Positions 6,844-17,507 of a stretch of 24,000 bases of DNA are shown one piece after another (the stretch's first letter is position 1; each line of letters starts with the position of its first letter). The DNA is from an uncultured Enterobacterales bacterium (GTDB taxonomy: Bacteria; Pseudomonadota; Gammaproteobacteria; Enterobacterales; CALYQQ01). A program made the position numbers and the translations under genes. The DNA lies in contig CALYQQ010000003.1 of NCBI GenBank assembly GCA_945288535.1, positions 108,806 through 132,805 on the forward strand, read 5' to 3'. The notes beneath the pieces are model-generated. The model was given only the letters and a program-made list of their open reading frames with translations, did no database searches and was not told where the DNA came from.

Positions 6844-9303
6844 ATGCGAGTGCTTAAATTTGGTGGGACATCTGTAGCAAATGCTGAACAGTTTATACGA
6901 GTCGCTGATATCATTGAACATTATGCACGTCAAGAGCAGACAGCAACGGTATTGTCTGCGCCTGCAAAGATTACTAATCATCTCGTTGCCATGATTGAGA
7001 ACACGATCACCCATGGCGATGCAGCAACACATTTATCAGATGCGGAAAAAATTTTTGAGAATTTACTTAATGGATTAGTTGAACGTCAACCTAATATTGA
7101 GTATGACGCTCTGAAACGTTTGGTTGCCGATGAATTCCAGCAAATTAAGCAAATATTGCATGGTATAGCTTTATTAGGTCAATGCCCAGATAGTGTAAAT
7201 GCTGCATTTATTTGTCGTGGTGAAAAGCTTTCCATCGCTATCATGAAAGCTGTTTTTCAAGCCAGAGGGTATGCCGTTACTATCATTGATCCTGTTAAAT
7301 CCCTTTTAGCCCATGGGAATTACTTGGAATCTACAGTTGACATAGATGAATCAACGCGCCGTTTACACGCTATGGCTATTCCTCAGCAACATATTGTTTT
7401 AATGGCGGGTTTTACTGCAGGAAATGATAAAGGTGAACTTGTGGTGTTAGGTCGCAATGGTTCTGACTATTCTGCTGCAGTGCTGGCAGCATGTTTACGC
7501 GCAGATTGTTGTGAAATTTGGACTGATGTTGACGGTGTTTATACTTGTGATCCGCGTTCTGTACCTAATGCACGATTATTACGGTCAATGTCTTATCAAG
7601 AGGCTATGGAGCTCTCTTACTTTGGTGCTAAAGTACTTCATCCACGCACGATCGCACCTATTGCGCAATTCCAGATCCCTTGTTTAATTAAAAATACTGC
7701 TAATCCACAAGCGGAAGGTACTTTAATTAGCCGAGAAAGTGGCGAAAAACGTTATCCTGTTAAGGGAATTACCAACTTAGGCAATATGGCGATGATCAAC
7801 GTCTCTGGGCCAGGTATGAAAGGCATGGTTGGTATGGCCGCACGTATATTTGCGGCAATGTCACGTGCAGGAATTTCGGTTGTATTAATAACTCAATCTT
7901 CTTCTGAATATAGTATTAGTTTCTGTGTTCCGCAGCATGAGTTAGCTCGCGCCTGCGAAACATTAGAAGATGAATTTAATCTTGAGCTAAAAAGTGGCAT
8001 GTTAGAATCACTCGATATCATGGAGGATCTGGCTATCATTTCTGTGGTTGGTGATAACATGCGGACGCAGCATGGATTATCTGCACGATTCTTTACAGCA
8101 TTATCTCAGGCAAAAATCAATATTATCGCCATTGCCCAAGGTTCATCTGAACGCTCTATTTCCGCAGTAATTAATAATAGTGATGGTATTGTTGGTGTTC
8201 GTGCCAGCCACCAAATGTTGTTTGAAACTGATCAAATGTTAGATGTTTTCGTTATTGGTAGTGGCGGTGTTGGTGCTGCGCTATTAGATCAAATTTATCG
8301 CCAACAAACATGGTTGAAGCAAAAACGAATCAATTTGCGGGTATGTGGTATTGCTAATTCTCGCGGTATGATAACCAATACGCATGGTATTGATTTACGT
8401 CACTGGCGCGAAACATTGTCGTCAGCAACGGAGTCGTTTAATTTGGCGCATATCATTCGTTTAGTTAAAGAAAATCATTTGCTTAACCCTGTTATTGTAG
8501 ATTGTACCTCGAGTCAGAAAATCGCTGACCAGTATGTTGATTTTCTTAATGATGGTTTCCACATTGTTACCCCAAATAAAAAAGCTAATACCTCATCAAT
8601 GGATTACTACCGTCAGTTACGTCAGACTGCTATTCATAGTGGCCGTAATTTTCTATATGAAACAAATGTCGGTGCTGGGTTACCGGTAATTGAAAATTTA
8701 CAAAATTTATTGAATGCCGGTGATGAGCTTATCAAGTTTTCCGGGATCCTATCCGGGTCGTTATCATTTATCTTTGGTAAAATTGATGAAGGTATGAGTT
8801 TATCAGAAGCCACTACATTGGCAAAACAGAAAGGTTACACTGAACCTGACCCACGCGATGATTTATCAGGTATGGATGTAGCGCGTAAATTATTAATATT
8901 GGCACGTGAAGTCGGTTATAAGCTAGAGTTATCGGATATCGAAGTAGAATCTGTTTTACCTGCTAGCTTTGACAATAGTGGTGATATAGCTATGTTTATG
9001 CAACGTTTACCAGAATTGGATGTTGAATTTGCTGAACGTAGTAAAAAGGCAGCTGTTGCAGGTAAAGTTTTACGTTACATTGGCATGATTGATAATGGTA
9101 AATGTAAAGTGAAAATTACAGAAGTGGATGACGATGATCCGCTTTATAAAGTAAAAAATGGTGAAAATGCATTGGCTTTTTTGACACGCTATTACCAGCC
9201 AATTCCGTTAGTCTTACGGGGGTATGGTGCTGGAAATACAGTTACTGCCGCAGGGGTATTTGCTGATTTATTACGTTCTCTTCCAACAAAGTTAGGAGTT
9301 TAA
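6844..9303 (+). CDS. thrA: Bifunctional aspartokinase I / homoserine dehydrogenase I
   Basis: [34 protein letters not shown].. through ..[28 protein letters not shown] is collinear with E. coli ThrA over the whole length. The start was set at the ATG at 6844, which follows GAGGA at 6834-6838. The track ORF begins 4 codons earlier. Confidence 0.98.
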   Translation: MRVLKFGGTSVANAEQFIRVADIIEHYARQEQTATVLSAPAKITNHLVAMIENTITHGDAATHLSDAEKIFENLLNGLVERQPNIEYDALKRLVADEFQQIKQILHGIALLGQCPDSVNAAFICRGEKLSIAIMKAVFQARGYAVTIIDPVKSLLAHGNYLESTVDIDESTRRLHAMAIPQQHIVLMAGFTAGNDKGELVVLGRNGSDYSAAVLAACLRADCCEIWTDVDGVYTCDPRSVPNARLLRSMSYQEAMELSYFGAKVLHPRTIAPIAQFQIPCLIKNTANPQAEGTLISRESGEKRYPVKGITNLGNMAMINVSGPGMKGMVGMAARIFAAMSRAGISVVLITQSSSEYSISFCVPQHELARACETLEDEFNLELKSGMLESLDIMEDLAIISVVGDNMRTQHGLSARFFTALSQAKINIIAIAQGSSERSISAVINNSDGIVGVRASHQMLFETDQMLDVFVIGSGGVGAALLDQIYRQQTWLKQKRINLRVCGIANSRGMITNTHGIDLRHWRETLSSATESFNLAHIIRLVKENHLLNPVIVDCTSSQKIADQYVDFLNDGFHIVTPNKKANTSSMDYYRQLRQTAIHSGRNFLYETNVGAGLPVIENLQNLLNAGDELIKFSGILSGSLSFIFGKIDEGMSLSEATTLAKQKGYTEPDPRDDLSGMDVARKLLILAREVGYKLELSDIEVESVLPASFDNSGDIAMFMQRLPELDVEFAERSKKAAVAGKVLRYIGMIDNGKCKVKITEVDDDDPLYKVKNGENALAFLTRYYQPIPLVLRGYGAGNTVTAAGVFADLLRSLPTKLGV

Positions 9304-9309
9304 TATTTT

Positions 9310-10239
9310 ATGATTAAAATTCATGCTCCAGCGTCTATTGGGAATGTAAGTGTCGGTTTTGATGTACTTGGTGCTGCAGTTTCACCGATTGACGGTACGT
9401 TGTTGGGTGATAGTGTTATTGTGGAAAAAGCAAAACACTTTAGTTTGGAAACTACAGGTCGTTTTTTAACAAAACTTCCCGTGAATATGGAAGATAATAT
9501 TGTTTACCAATGTTGGCAACGTTATTGTCAGGCATTGCAACGAGACGTTCCTGTGAGAATGGTATTAGACAAAAATATGCCTATAGGTTCGGGACTAGGT
9601 TCTAGTGCGTGTTCGATTGTTGCCGCTTTGGTTGCACTCAATGAATATTGTGGGGAACCCTTTAATTCACAACAATTATTAGCATTAATGGGGGAAATGG
9701 AAGGTCGCATATCAGGTGGTGTACATTTTGATAATGTGGCACCCTGCTATTTAGGTGGTTTACAGCTCATAATCGAAGAAGACAATATTATTAGTCAAAC
9801 CATTCCTTGTTTTGATGATTGGCTATGGGTTATGGCGTATCCCGGAGTTAAAGTATCCACTGCCGAGGCGCGTGCTATACTTCCTGAACACTATAAGCGT
9901 CAGGACTGTATTTGGCATGGGCGTAACTTAGCAGGCTTTATTCATGCTTGTTATAGTCAACAAGCTGAACTTGCAGCAAAATTAATGCATGATGTGATTG
10001 CAGAGCCTTACCGTACACGTTTATTACCTGGCTTTAACCAAGCCCGTCAAGTAGTTGAAAATGCGGGTGCGTTAGCATGCGGTATTTCCGGATCAGGGCC
10101 AACATTATTTGCTATCACAAATCAAATGGAAACAGCACAATATTTAGCTGATTGGTTACAATCTCACTATGTTCAAAATAGTGAAGGTTTTACTCATATT
10201 TGCCGTTTAGATACTGCTGGAGCAAGGAATTTAGGATAA
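9310..10239 (+). CDS. thrB: Homoserine kinase
   Basis: [25 protein letters not shown]...[18 protein letters not shown]...[31 protein letters not shown]...[10 protein letters not shown] matches E. coli ThrB. It starts 6 nt after the thrA stop. Confidence 0.97.
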   Translation: MIKIHAPASIGNVSVGFDVLGAAVSPIDGTLLGDSVIVEKAKHFSLETTGRFLTKLPVNMEDNIVYQCWQRYCQALQRDVPVRMVLDKNMPIGSGLGSSACSIVAALVALNEYCGEPFNSQQLLALMGEMEGRISGGVHFDNVAPCYLGGLQLIIEEDNIISQTIPCFDDWLWVMAYPGVKVSTAEARAILPEHYKRQDCIWHGRNLAGFIHACYSQQAELAAKLMHDVIAEPYRTRLLPGFNQARQVVENAGALACGISGSGPTLFAITNQMETAQYLADWLQSHYVQNSEGFTHICRLDTAGARNLG

Positions 10240-10243
10240 CAAT

Positions 10244-11533
10244 ATGAAATTATATAATTTGAAAGATCATCATGAAACGGTAAGTTTTGCTCAGGCAGTT
10301 CGTCAAGGATTAGGTCAGCAACAAGGCCTATTTTTTCCAACGGAGTTACCGCAAATTACCTCAACTGAAATTGATTCATTGCTTAAACAAGATTTTGTAA
10401 CACGCAGTGCGGCGATTTTATCGGCTTATATTGGTGATGAAATAGCAAAAGAAATTGTATTGCAGAGAGTCAAAAAGGCCTTTCAATTTCCTGCACCTGT
10501 TGTCAATATTGAAGATAATATCGCCACATTAGAGTTGTTCCATGGGCCTACGCTAGCTTTCAAAGATTTTGGTGGTCGGTTTATGGCACAAATGTTGGCT
10601 ACCGTGGCAGAAAACGAGCCAATTACTATTCTTACAGCAACCTCTGGTGATACGGGTGCAGCAGTTGCTCATGCTTTTTATAGTATGAAAAATATTCGTG
10701 TTGTCATTCTTTATCCCAAGGGCAAAATTAGTCCACTACAGGAAAAATTATTTTGTACGCTGGGAGATAATATTCATACTGTAGCGATCGAAAGTGATTT
10801 CGATGCGTGTCAGTCACTGGTTAAACAAGCTTTTGATGATGTAGAGTTACGACAACAATTGGGGTTAAATTCAGCTAATTCCATTAATATTAGTCGATTA
10901 TTAGCACAAATTTGCTACTATTTCGAAGCTGTCGCACAGCTAGATGAACGACAACGTAATAAATTAGTTATATCTGTGCCAAGTGGCAATTTTGGTGATT
11001 TGACAGCAGGGCTCTTAGCAAAATCTCTAGGTTTACCTGTTAAACGTTTTATTGCAGCGACTAATGCAAATGATACCGTACCGCGTTACTTGCATAGCGG
11101 TCATTGGCACCCCCATGCGACTATAGCGACCTTGTCAAATGCTATGGATGTGAGTCAACCTAACAACTGGCCTAGAATTGAAGAAATTTTTCGCCGAAAA
11201 GGATGGAATTTATCTGAATTAACTAGCCTGGCGATCAATGATGATATCACTAAGGAAACGATTAAGGCATTATCAGCACTTGGCTATCTATCTGAGCCAC
11301 ATGGTGCGATCGCTTACCGGGCATTACGTGATAATTTGCAAAAAGATGAGTTCGGTCTATTTTTGGGCACAGCACATCCAGCAAAGTTTAAAGAAAGTGT
11401 TGAATCCGTGTTAAATATGTCGCTTGAATTACCAGAGCCTTTAGCGAGACGTGCTAATTTACCGTTATTGTCACATGTTATGTCAAATGATTTTACTATT
11501 TTGCGCAAATTTTTGGTTAATTTACCTGTTTGA
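10244..11533 (+). CDS. thrC: Threonine synthase
   Basis: MKLYNLKDHHETVSFAQAVRQGLG..QGLFFP.. and the PLP-lysine context LELFHGPTLAFKDFGGRFMAQ are as in E. coli ThrC. Third gene of the thr operon. Confidence 0.97.
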   Translation: MKLYNLKDHHETVSFAQAVRQGLGQQQGLFFPTELPQITSTEIDSLLKQDFVTRSAAILSAYIGDEIAKEIVLQRVKKAFQFPAPVVNIEDNIATLELFHGPTLAFKDFGGRFMAQMLATVAENEPITILTATSGDTGAAVAHAFYSMKNIRVVILYPKGKISPLQEKLFCTLGDNIHTVAIESDFDACQSLVKQAFDDVELRQQLGLNSANSINISRLLAQICYYFEAVAQLDERQRNKLVISVPSGNFGDLTAGLLAKSLGLPVKRFIAATNANDTVPRYLHSGHWHPHATIATLSNAMDVSQPNNWPRIEEIFRRKGWNLSELTSLAINDDITKETIKALSALGYLSEPHGAIAYRALRDNLQKDEFGLFLGTAHPAKFKESVESVLNMSLELPEPLARRANLPLLSHVMSNDFTILRKFLVNLPV

Positions 11534-11838
11534 ATGACCTAATATTATAAGCGAAAAAAATAATGCAGGCATTAATCGTATTTTACTATTAGTGCATGCA
11601 TTAACAATAAGATACTATTAATGTGGCTAGTAATGATTTCTTTTTATTTTCAAAAAGTTATTTTTGTTGGTATAGGATCACACTATTTAAAGCATAATAG
11701 CTCGATTTATTGACTAAAGAGGGTCTGCTCATTATGAATGATAATCTATAAGCGATAACGTAGCTATTAGTATGGATCTAGATTATTATACCGGATTAGT
11801 TTATTTAATAGAATGTTAGGTGAAATAGTCTATTCAGT

Positions 11839-12612
11839 TTACTCATTATCACGTTTAAAAATTAATTGATGATCATTAGAATCCTGATGACAAAATTGAT
11901 AGCCGTCGATTGTAAATTTTGTTAATTGTTCCTCTGTTGTTAATTGATGTTTAATAATATAGCGGCACATTAACCCGCGGGCTTTTTTAGCATAAAAACT
12001 AATTGTTTTATATTTACCACTCTTTTTATCAAGAAAAATAGGCTTAATTATTTTTGCGTTTATTTTTCCGGGCATAATAGCTTTAAAATATTCATCAGAT
12101 GCCAAGTTAATAAGTAATGGTTGCGTTTGCTTGGCGAGTAAAGTATTAAGCGCATCTGTAATCTTATTTTGCCAAAAATGATATAAATCTTTACCTTGGT
12201 CATTTTGTAATTTAATTGACATTTCCAAACGATAAGGTTGGATCAGATCTAATGGTCGTAAAATACCATAGAGTCCAGATAAAATACGTAAATGATGTTG
12301 AGCAAACGCAATATCATTTTGGTTGAAATCAGCTGACTGTAACCCTTGATATACTTCACCTTTAAATGCAAAAAGTGCCTGACGGGCATGGTCAATCGTT
12401 GTATCACCTTGCCAGTGAGCAAAGCGTATAGCATTTAACCCAGCAAGTTTATCACTAATGGACATTAATGAAGCCAGTTTTGCAGGTGTAAGTTGACGAC
12501 ATAAATCCACAAGCGTTTTTGCCTGATGTAAAAAAATGGGCTGACTATACTGCTCCGTCGGTGGTGGTGTTTTAAAATCTAAAGTTTTAGCAGGTGATAT
12601 GATTACTAACAT
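11839..12612 (-). CDS. yaaA: Peroxide stress protein YaaA (UPF0246/DUF328)
   Basis: ML.IISPAKTLD...LMSISDKLAGLNA.RF..W...A..AF.G.VY.GL...LRILSGLYG.LRPLDL.QPYRLEM...INLASDEYFK...SFYAKKARGLM.R.II matches E. coli YaaA. It is convergent with thrC, as in E. coli. Confidence 0.93.
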   Translation of the reverse strand: MLVIISPAKTLDFKTPPPTEQYSQPIFLHQAKTLVDLCRQLTPAKLASLMSISDKLAGLNAIRFAHWQGDTTIDHARQALFAFKGEVYQGLQSADFNQNDIAFAQHHLRILSGLYGILRPLDLIQPYRLEMSIKLQNDQGKDLYHFWQNKITDALNTLLAKQTQPLLINLASDEYFKAIMPGKINAKIIKPIFLDKKSGKYKTISFYAKKARGLMCRYIIKHQLTTEEQLTKFTIDGYQFCHQDSNDHQLIFKRDNE

Positions 12613-13206
12613 GGGACAAGCTCCATAAGATAATACAGAATAACGTGTTATATAATACGTTATTTATTACTTTAGCAAATAATGCAATCATATGAGAAGC
12701 CTAAATCAATATAAATTAAGTGATAAAATTAGTTTTTAAATAAGAAAGGACGTCTCAATACTGTTTCCTTAATTATGTTAGATAATTCTAATTCTGTATA
12801 GTAAGCAAGTTTTTAAGAAAAGAAAAAATAATTATTTATCTTTTATATTTAATGTAATTATAATAATTCTTGATTTATTATAAAACACCAGTTTCTATTA
12901 TTATTTTGTTTAAAAATTAATTTTATTCAATATTAAGCTTTTTCTTGTATAAATAGCATTATTATTTTATTTAATTCTTATAATGATAAAATATAACCAA
13001 GTTGAAAGTATATAATAAAATAATACAATTTATTAAATTAAAAAAGACAATATACAATAATTGTTTTTATTTAATTTTTTTAAATAAAATAATAGTTGTT
13101 TTTTATAATTTAAATATTGTTAATAATTTATTAAAATATTAAACCATTAAATTATTTATCTAACATTATAATGTTATTTTTATTTGAATACGTTTTTAAA
13201 ATTAGC

Positions 13207-13695
13207 TTATTCATATTTAAATAGTTGTTCAATCATTAAAGGTGAATAACCATTACTAATAAGAAAAATTTTAATTTGCTCATTTGTCATTTTATGTGCA
13301 CTTAATGGAATTGATACATTATATTCAGCTAAACGTTTAATTAATTGATTGTCAAATATTTCAATATTACATTCTTTCGAATAATAAACTTTAATGAAAA
13401 CATTAATTTCTTCTACGCCATTAATTTGAAAAGAAATATAATAATTTTCAATAAAATTGATATGCCAAAGATAGTATTCATTAAATTGATAATTAATACC
13501 TAATTGTGTAGGATGTTGGATGGCAATATGGCCAAAATCATACTTTTGCTTAATTAATGGATTTATATCAGTAGGTTCATGAAAGGCTATAATTTTAACG
13601 GGATCTTTTATTATATTAATTAAATCATGTACACAAAATTGATTACCATAAAGATTAATTGTTAACTGTATAATAAGCATTAGAATTTTTCTCAT
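13207..13695 (-). CDS. Hypothetical protein (orphan, very AT-rich, no recognisable motif)
   Basis: A 162-codon ORF embedded in DNA of about 10-15% GC. Stop codons are AT-rich, so an ORF this long is unlikely by chance there. There is no clear SD before the ATG at 13695, and the start is uncertain. I recognise no family signature. Confidence 0.5.
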   Translation of the reverse strand: MRKILMLIIQLTINLYGNQFCVHDLINIIKDPVKIIAFHEPTDINPLIKQKYDFGHIAIQHPTQLGINYQFNEYYLWHINFIENYYISFQINGVEEINVFIKVYYSKECNIEIFDNQLIKRLAEYNVSIPLSAHKMTNEQIKIFLISNGYSPLMIEQLFKYE

Positions 13696-14038
13696 CTATT
13701 TTTAAAATATTTTAATACTTATTTAAGTTATTGGCAAAAAATATAATAATAAGTTGTTTTCATTGGGGGTAATAATAAAATCAATATTATTAATTATTCA
13801 CGTTATAAATATACATTAATGAAAAAGCTAATACTATTTTATTATTAAATAAAACATCTAGCTAAAGTTATATTTTTTTATTATTTAATGTTCTATAAAA
13901 TTCAGTAAAAATTAATATAAAGGTAACTTATCAATATTATAGCTTATAATAAATTTGATAATTTAAATTTACTCAATTAATTATCTACAAATTATAGTTA
14001 TTTTTTATTTAGATTTAGTATACTAGTTTAATATGACA

Positions 14039-14929
14039 TCAAGAGTGTGATGCACTCATTTCGGGTAAATAAAGTGCGGGTTTAATGATGTTTGTTAAAC
14101 CAAAAGAGATAAGTTTATCCACAAATTGTTCGACATCATGTTGACGAGTTACTTGCCAAAAGCGGGCTTCACCTTTTACACCATGATGTTGAAATGCATT
14201 AATACGAATACGTAGATTAGCTGATAGTGATGTAAGAAATTTAGCTAAAGGTACAATGTTTTCTATTAAATCAGAATGATGAGGAATAATTAATAATCTT
14301 ACTTCATAAAGTTTATTTGTTGCAGCAAGCTGTGTTAAACTTTTAATCACTCTTGTATTATCGCGTCCTGTCAAACGTTGATGTATTTTACTATCCCAGG
14401 CTTTTAAATCAATCATTGCACCATCCATGAAAGGTATCAACTTAGACCAGCCCGTTTCGGCCAGATAACCATTACTATCAATTAAGCAAGTTAAATGATG
14501 TAGTGTTTTATCCAAACGTATCTGTTTAAATAACTCAACAATAAATGGCAGTTGTAATGTTGCTTCGCCGCCACTCACAGTAACTCCAGTTAAAAAAGGG
14601 GAATATTTTCTAATAATGTTTAGTACCTGACGCACAGTATAATGTTGTGCCATTGGCGTAGCATTACGCGAACATGTAGTTAAACAAGTATCACAATGCT
14701 GACAAAGAGATTGTTGCCACAATACTTTCCCTTGTTGAATATTTAATGCACTATGTGGACACGTTGTTACACAAGCATGGCAATGGTTACACATGCCAAT
14801 CGTATATGGATTATGACAATTCAAACAACGAAAATTACACCCTTGAAAAAAGATGACCAGGCGATTGCCTGGGCCATCTACACAAGAAAAAGGTAATATT
14901 CTATTTATGATAGCGCATAGATTGCTCAT
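14039..14929 (-). CDS. yjjW: Glycyl-radical enzyme activating protein (radical SAM), YjjW-like
   Basis: The N-terminus ..PFSCVDGPGNRLVIFFQGCNFRCLNCHNP carries the CX3CX2C radical-SAM cluster motif. Two ferredoxin-like motifs follow, CNHCHACVTTCP and CQHCDTCLTTC, then VSGGEA. It lies immediately downstream of yjjI and overlaps it by 29 nt. Confidence 0.85.
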   Translation of the reverse strand: MSNLCAIINRILPFSCVDGPGNRLVIFFQGCNFRCLNCHNPYTIGMCNHCHACVTTCPHSALNIQQGKVLWQQSLCQHCDTCLTTCSRNATPMAQHYTVRQVLNIIRKYSPFLTGVTVSGGEATLQLPFIVELFKQIRLDKTLHHLTCLIDSNGYLAETGWSKLIPFMDGAMIDLKAWDSKIHQRLTGRDNTRVIKSLTQLAATNKLYEVRLLIIPHHSDLIENIVPLAKFLTSLSANLRIRINAFQHHGVKGEARFWQVTRQHDVEQFVDKLISFGLTNIIKPALYLPEMSASHS

Positions 14930-16460
14930 TGCTAATCACTCTGGGTTGACGCTTCATTATATTAGTGACATCAGCAGCTTCGCTGCCTAACCAGGTTGTA
15001 TTCGTTCTTGAGCCTTCTTTTTTGTAACGTGCAATATCTGACAAGCGAACCATATAGCCAGTTATTCGGATTAAATCATTACCTGCTACATTAGCCGTAA
15101 ATTCACGCAGACCTGCATTAAATGCCCCTTTACATAGTTGCATGAGTGCTTGAGGATTTTGCTTTATTGTTTCATCAATAGTAAGAATATCACTAATGCC
15201 TGACGCATAATAAGGATGATGGCCTGCGATAGCCATTATATGATTGACCGGATCGGGCTCTTGCCCATAAGTGAGACGGACACCAGGTGTTGTGTCTTTA
15301 TCAGAGCTAATACCTGATTGCGCATGAAGCATAGCACGATTACACCAGCTATTTTTTACTGGCGTCGATTCAACAAAGTGTGCTAATTGTTGGCTAATAC
15401 GAATACCTAATTCGTTAGCTTGTTGCGACTGACCATAACGATCCGATAATTTAGCCTTATCTTGTAAAATATTGACGGCTTCTGCCATCGCATAAATACC
15501 GAACATGGCGACGAAGCGGTTAGGATCAATTAATCCTTCAGTCACTAAAAAACTTTCTTTAAAAAAGTTGGATTTGTCATAAAGGAATGTTAAACGCGCA
15601 TTAATGAGTTCAATTTGCTGGGCACAATAGATTGGTAATTTATTTGTAAAGAAATCGTCTACATTAAGACTGCGTAAAGCAACTTCTTTCAAATTAATAC
15701 GTGCTAAAGTACTTCCACCGCCTGCTAAGGGGAGTGAATTATAACAACTGACTACACCATAACCTTGTTGATCAAATGATTTTTTTTGTAGTGGCATGTT
15801 AGCAATATGCGGTTTGCTACATTCACAAATATTTGTTATGGCTTGTAATAATAATGTTTCTGGTGTTTGTTGAGGATCCCAGAAGAAGGTCAAGTTAGGG
15901 GCAACTTGCTTTAATTCTGCATCAATACGTAATATAAGGCGGCAAATAATATTATCTGTAGGACCGATATTGGCATGCATAAAGGCATCAGGTAATGTTC
16001 TATCAAGCATGATCCAAAAATGGCGTAATTTACGATAAAGTTGATCTTCACTTAAATTACCTACATAAGGTAATAATAGCGTATCGAGACAACCAAGATA
16101 AACGGGTAAGCCGGTAACCGAAGGAATATGATGGTAAATAATCGTCAGCATATTTAACGCATCATCAAAATCTGTTGCCGGTTGCAATTCAAGCCAGCAA
16201 GAGCCTTGTTTAAGAAAACGCGCATAATCGGGTAAAACGTAACGCGGCTTGTAAGGCGCATGCCCTTCGTACATATCACAAATAATACGTTGTTCTAAAG
16301 CGTGTTGTGTCGCTTCACTTAATGTCGGATAAGGAAGATTATTTTCCGCTTCAAGCGCGAGAAAAGTTGCTTTTTGTTTTGGTGATAAATGAGCATCGGT
16401 AATGATTTGATGACAGCGATCTTGAAAAGATGTTAAGGACAGAGACGAATTAGTCTTCAT
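14901..16460 (-). CDS. yjjI: YjjI-family putative glycine radical enzyme (DUF3029), substrate unknown
   Basis: 519 aa. The C-terminal motif NDLIRITGYMVRL fits the glycyl-radical fingerprint R[IV]xG[YFW], with the Gly codon at 15057-15059. The pairing with a YjjW-like activase and the size (~516 aa in E. coli YjjI) fit the yjjI-yjjW operon. Confidence 0.8.
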   Translation of the reverse strand: MKTNSSLSLTSFQDRCHQIITDAHLSPKQKATFLALEAENNLPYPTLSEATQHALEQRIICDMYEGHAPYKPRYVLPDYARFLKQGSCWLELQPATDFDDALNMLTIIYHHIPSVTGLPVYLGCLDTLLLPYVGNLSEDQLYRKLRHFWIMLDRTLPDAFMHANIGPTDNIICRLILRIDAELKQVAPNLTFFWDPQQTPETLLLQAITNICECSKPHIANMPLQKKSFDQQGYGVVSCYNSLPLAGGGSTLARINLKEVALRSLNVDDFFTNKLPIYCAQQIELINARLTFLYDKSNFFKESFLVTEGLIDPNRFVAMFGIYAMAEAVNILQDKAKLSDRYGQSQQANELGIRISQQLAHFVESTPVKNSWCNRAMLHAQSGISSDKDTTPGVRLTYGQEPDPVNHIMAIAGHHPYYASGISDILTIDETIKQNPQALMQLCKGAFNAGLREFTANVAGNDLIRITGYMVRLSDIARYKKEGSRTNTTWLGSEAADVTNIMKRQPRVISNEQSMRYHK

Positions 16461-17507
16461 GATATAAGGCCTATTACAGTATTTCAGTTATCATTAAGTT
16501 TTTATAATAATCGAAATAACATTTGTTTTTCTTGCAATTAGATCAAATTTATTAATTATTCTTAAACTGTTATCACATAAATGAAAAATAGAGAAGATGT
16601 CTAGTGACATCATTTTCATTAATTATCTTATTGACAGTTATAACTTGTTATAGGTGAACATAATATCAATTATATTGAATATTATTTATTTTTTTAATAG
16701 TGACATCATTATGACTAAAGGTAATAAATAAAATAATAAAGAAAGTGATAATAGTTATGGCGTATGATCATTAGTACCAAAGAGACGAGGAAAAAAGAGT
16801 GGCTTTTGTTTTGATAAACATTATACAATGATAACTAACTGAGTTATAAAGCAATTTATTATAATAAGAGTGCTGTTAAAAATTTTATAACGAACTAAAA
16901 AAGATAAAAATATATCTGTCATATAACAATTCTATATGTTCTGAATCTAATAGAATTTCGATCAGTACAAAGACCTTTTTCTGTTAGTTATCCCCTGAAA
17001 TACGTGTGTATTAGCATTCGGTCATCAAATAAAAGTAAAAAATGTTATAAACCATGAAATAGAACAGTTATAATGGATGAGTAACGCTTTTCTACATATT
17101 AATACATTAAGCGAACAGTTGCTTTAATCAAAAATTAATTAAAAAGCGATGATACAAGCTATTGCTTAGCAGGTAATGGAACAGTATTATAAAGTAGCTA
17201 TCTTCTTTATATAATAGAATTATTTTACTTGGTAATAAGTTATTCTATTATTTTTCTACTACTATATGATAAGTAACGCGCCTATCTATTTCATCTATAA
17301 TGTGATTATGTTAGTCGTTATTTTTTAGTATCAACTCATTTTTTACAATTATTTGTTAATTTAATTAATAAAACGCATTGTGTGGTACATCGATTCACTT
17401 TATTCATTTGGTCTTTTCTATCATCTGTTGAGTTTGATAATTAAATGAATTTCTATTAATTATCTCGTCAGCAAATAGATATTTTGAGGTAGGGAGAATT
17501 TGAATTA

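Noticed and set aside
6640-7032. A 130-aa minus-strand ORF spanning the thrL, attenuator and thrA start region.
   Set aside because: It is antisense to three strongly supported features (leader peptide, terminator hairpin, thrA N-terminus). The sequence is low-complexity and Cys/Ile-rich with no family resemblance. It is most likely a shadow ORF.
16532-16546. An FNR-like sequence, TTGCAATTAGATCAA (minus strand TTGATCTAATTGCAA), about 80 bp upstream of the anaerobic-looking yjjI operon.
   Set aside because: Only one half-site (TTGAT) matches TTGAT-N4-ATCAA. The other half is out of register by 1 nt and mismatched. This is not enough to call a site.
17211-17255. A 10-bp inverted repeat, ATAATAGAAT ... 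ATTCTATTAT, followed by a T-run, resembling a terminator or an invertible-element end upstream of the OPT gene.
   Set aside because: The stem is almost entirely A:T, so it is thermodynamically weak. No recombinase gene is nearby. Repeats of this size are expected by chance in DNA this AT-rich.
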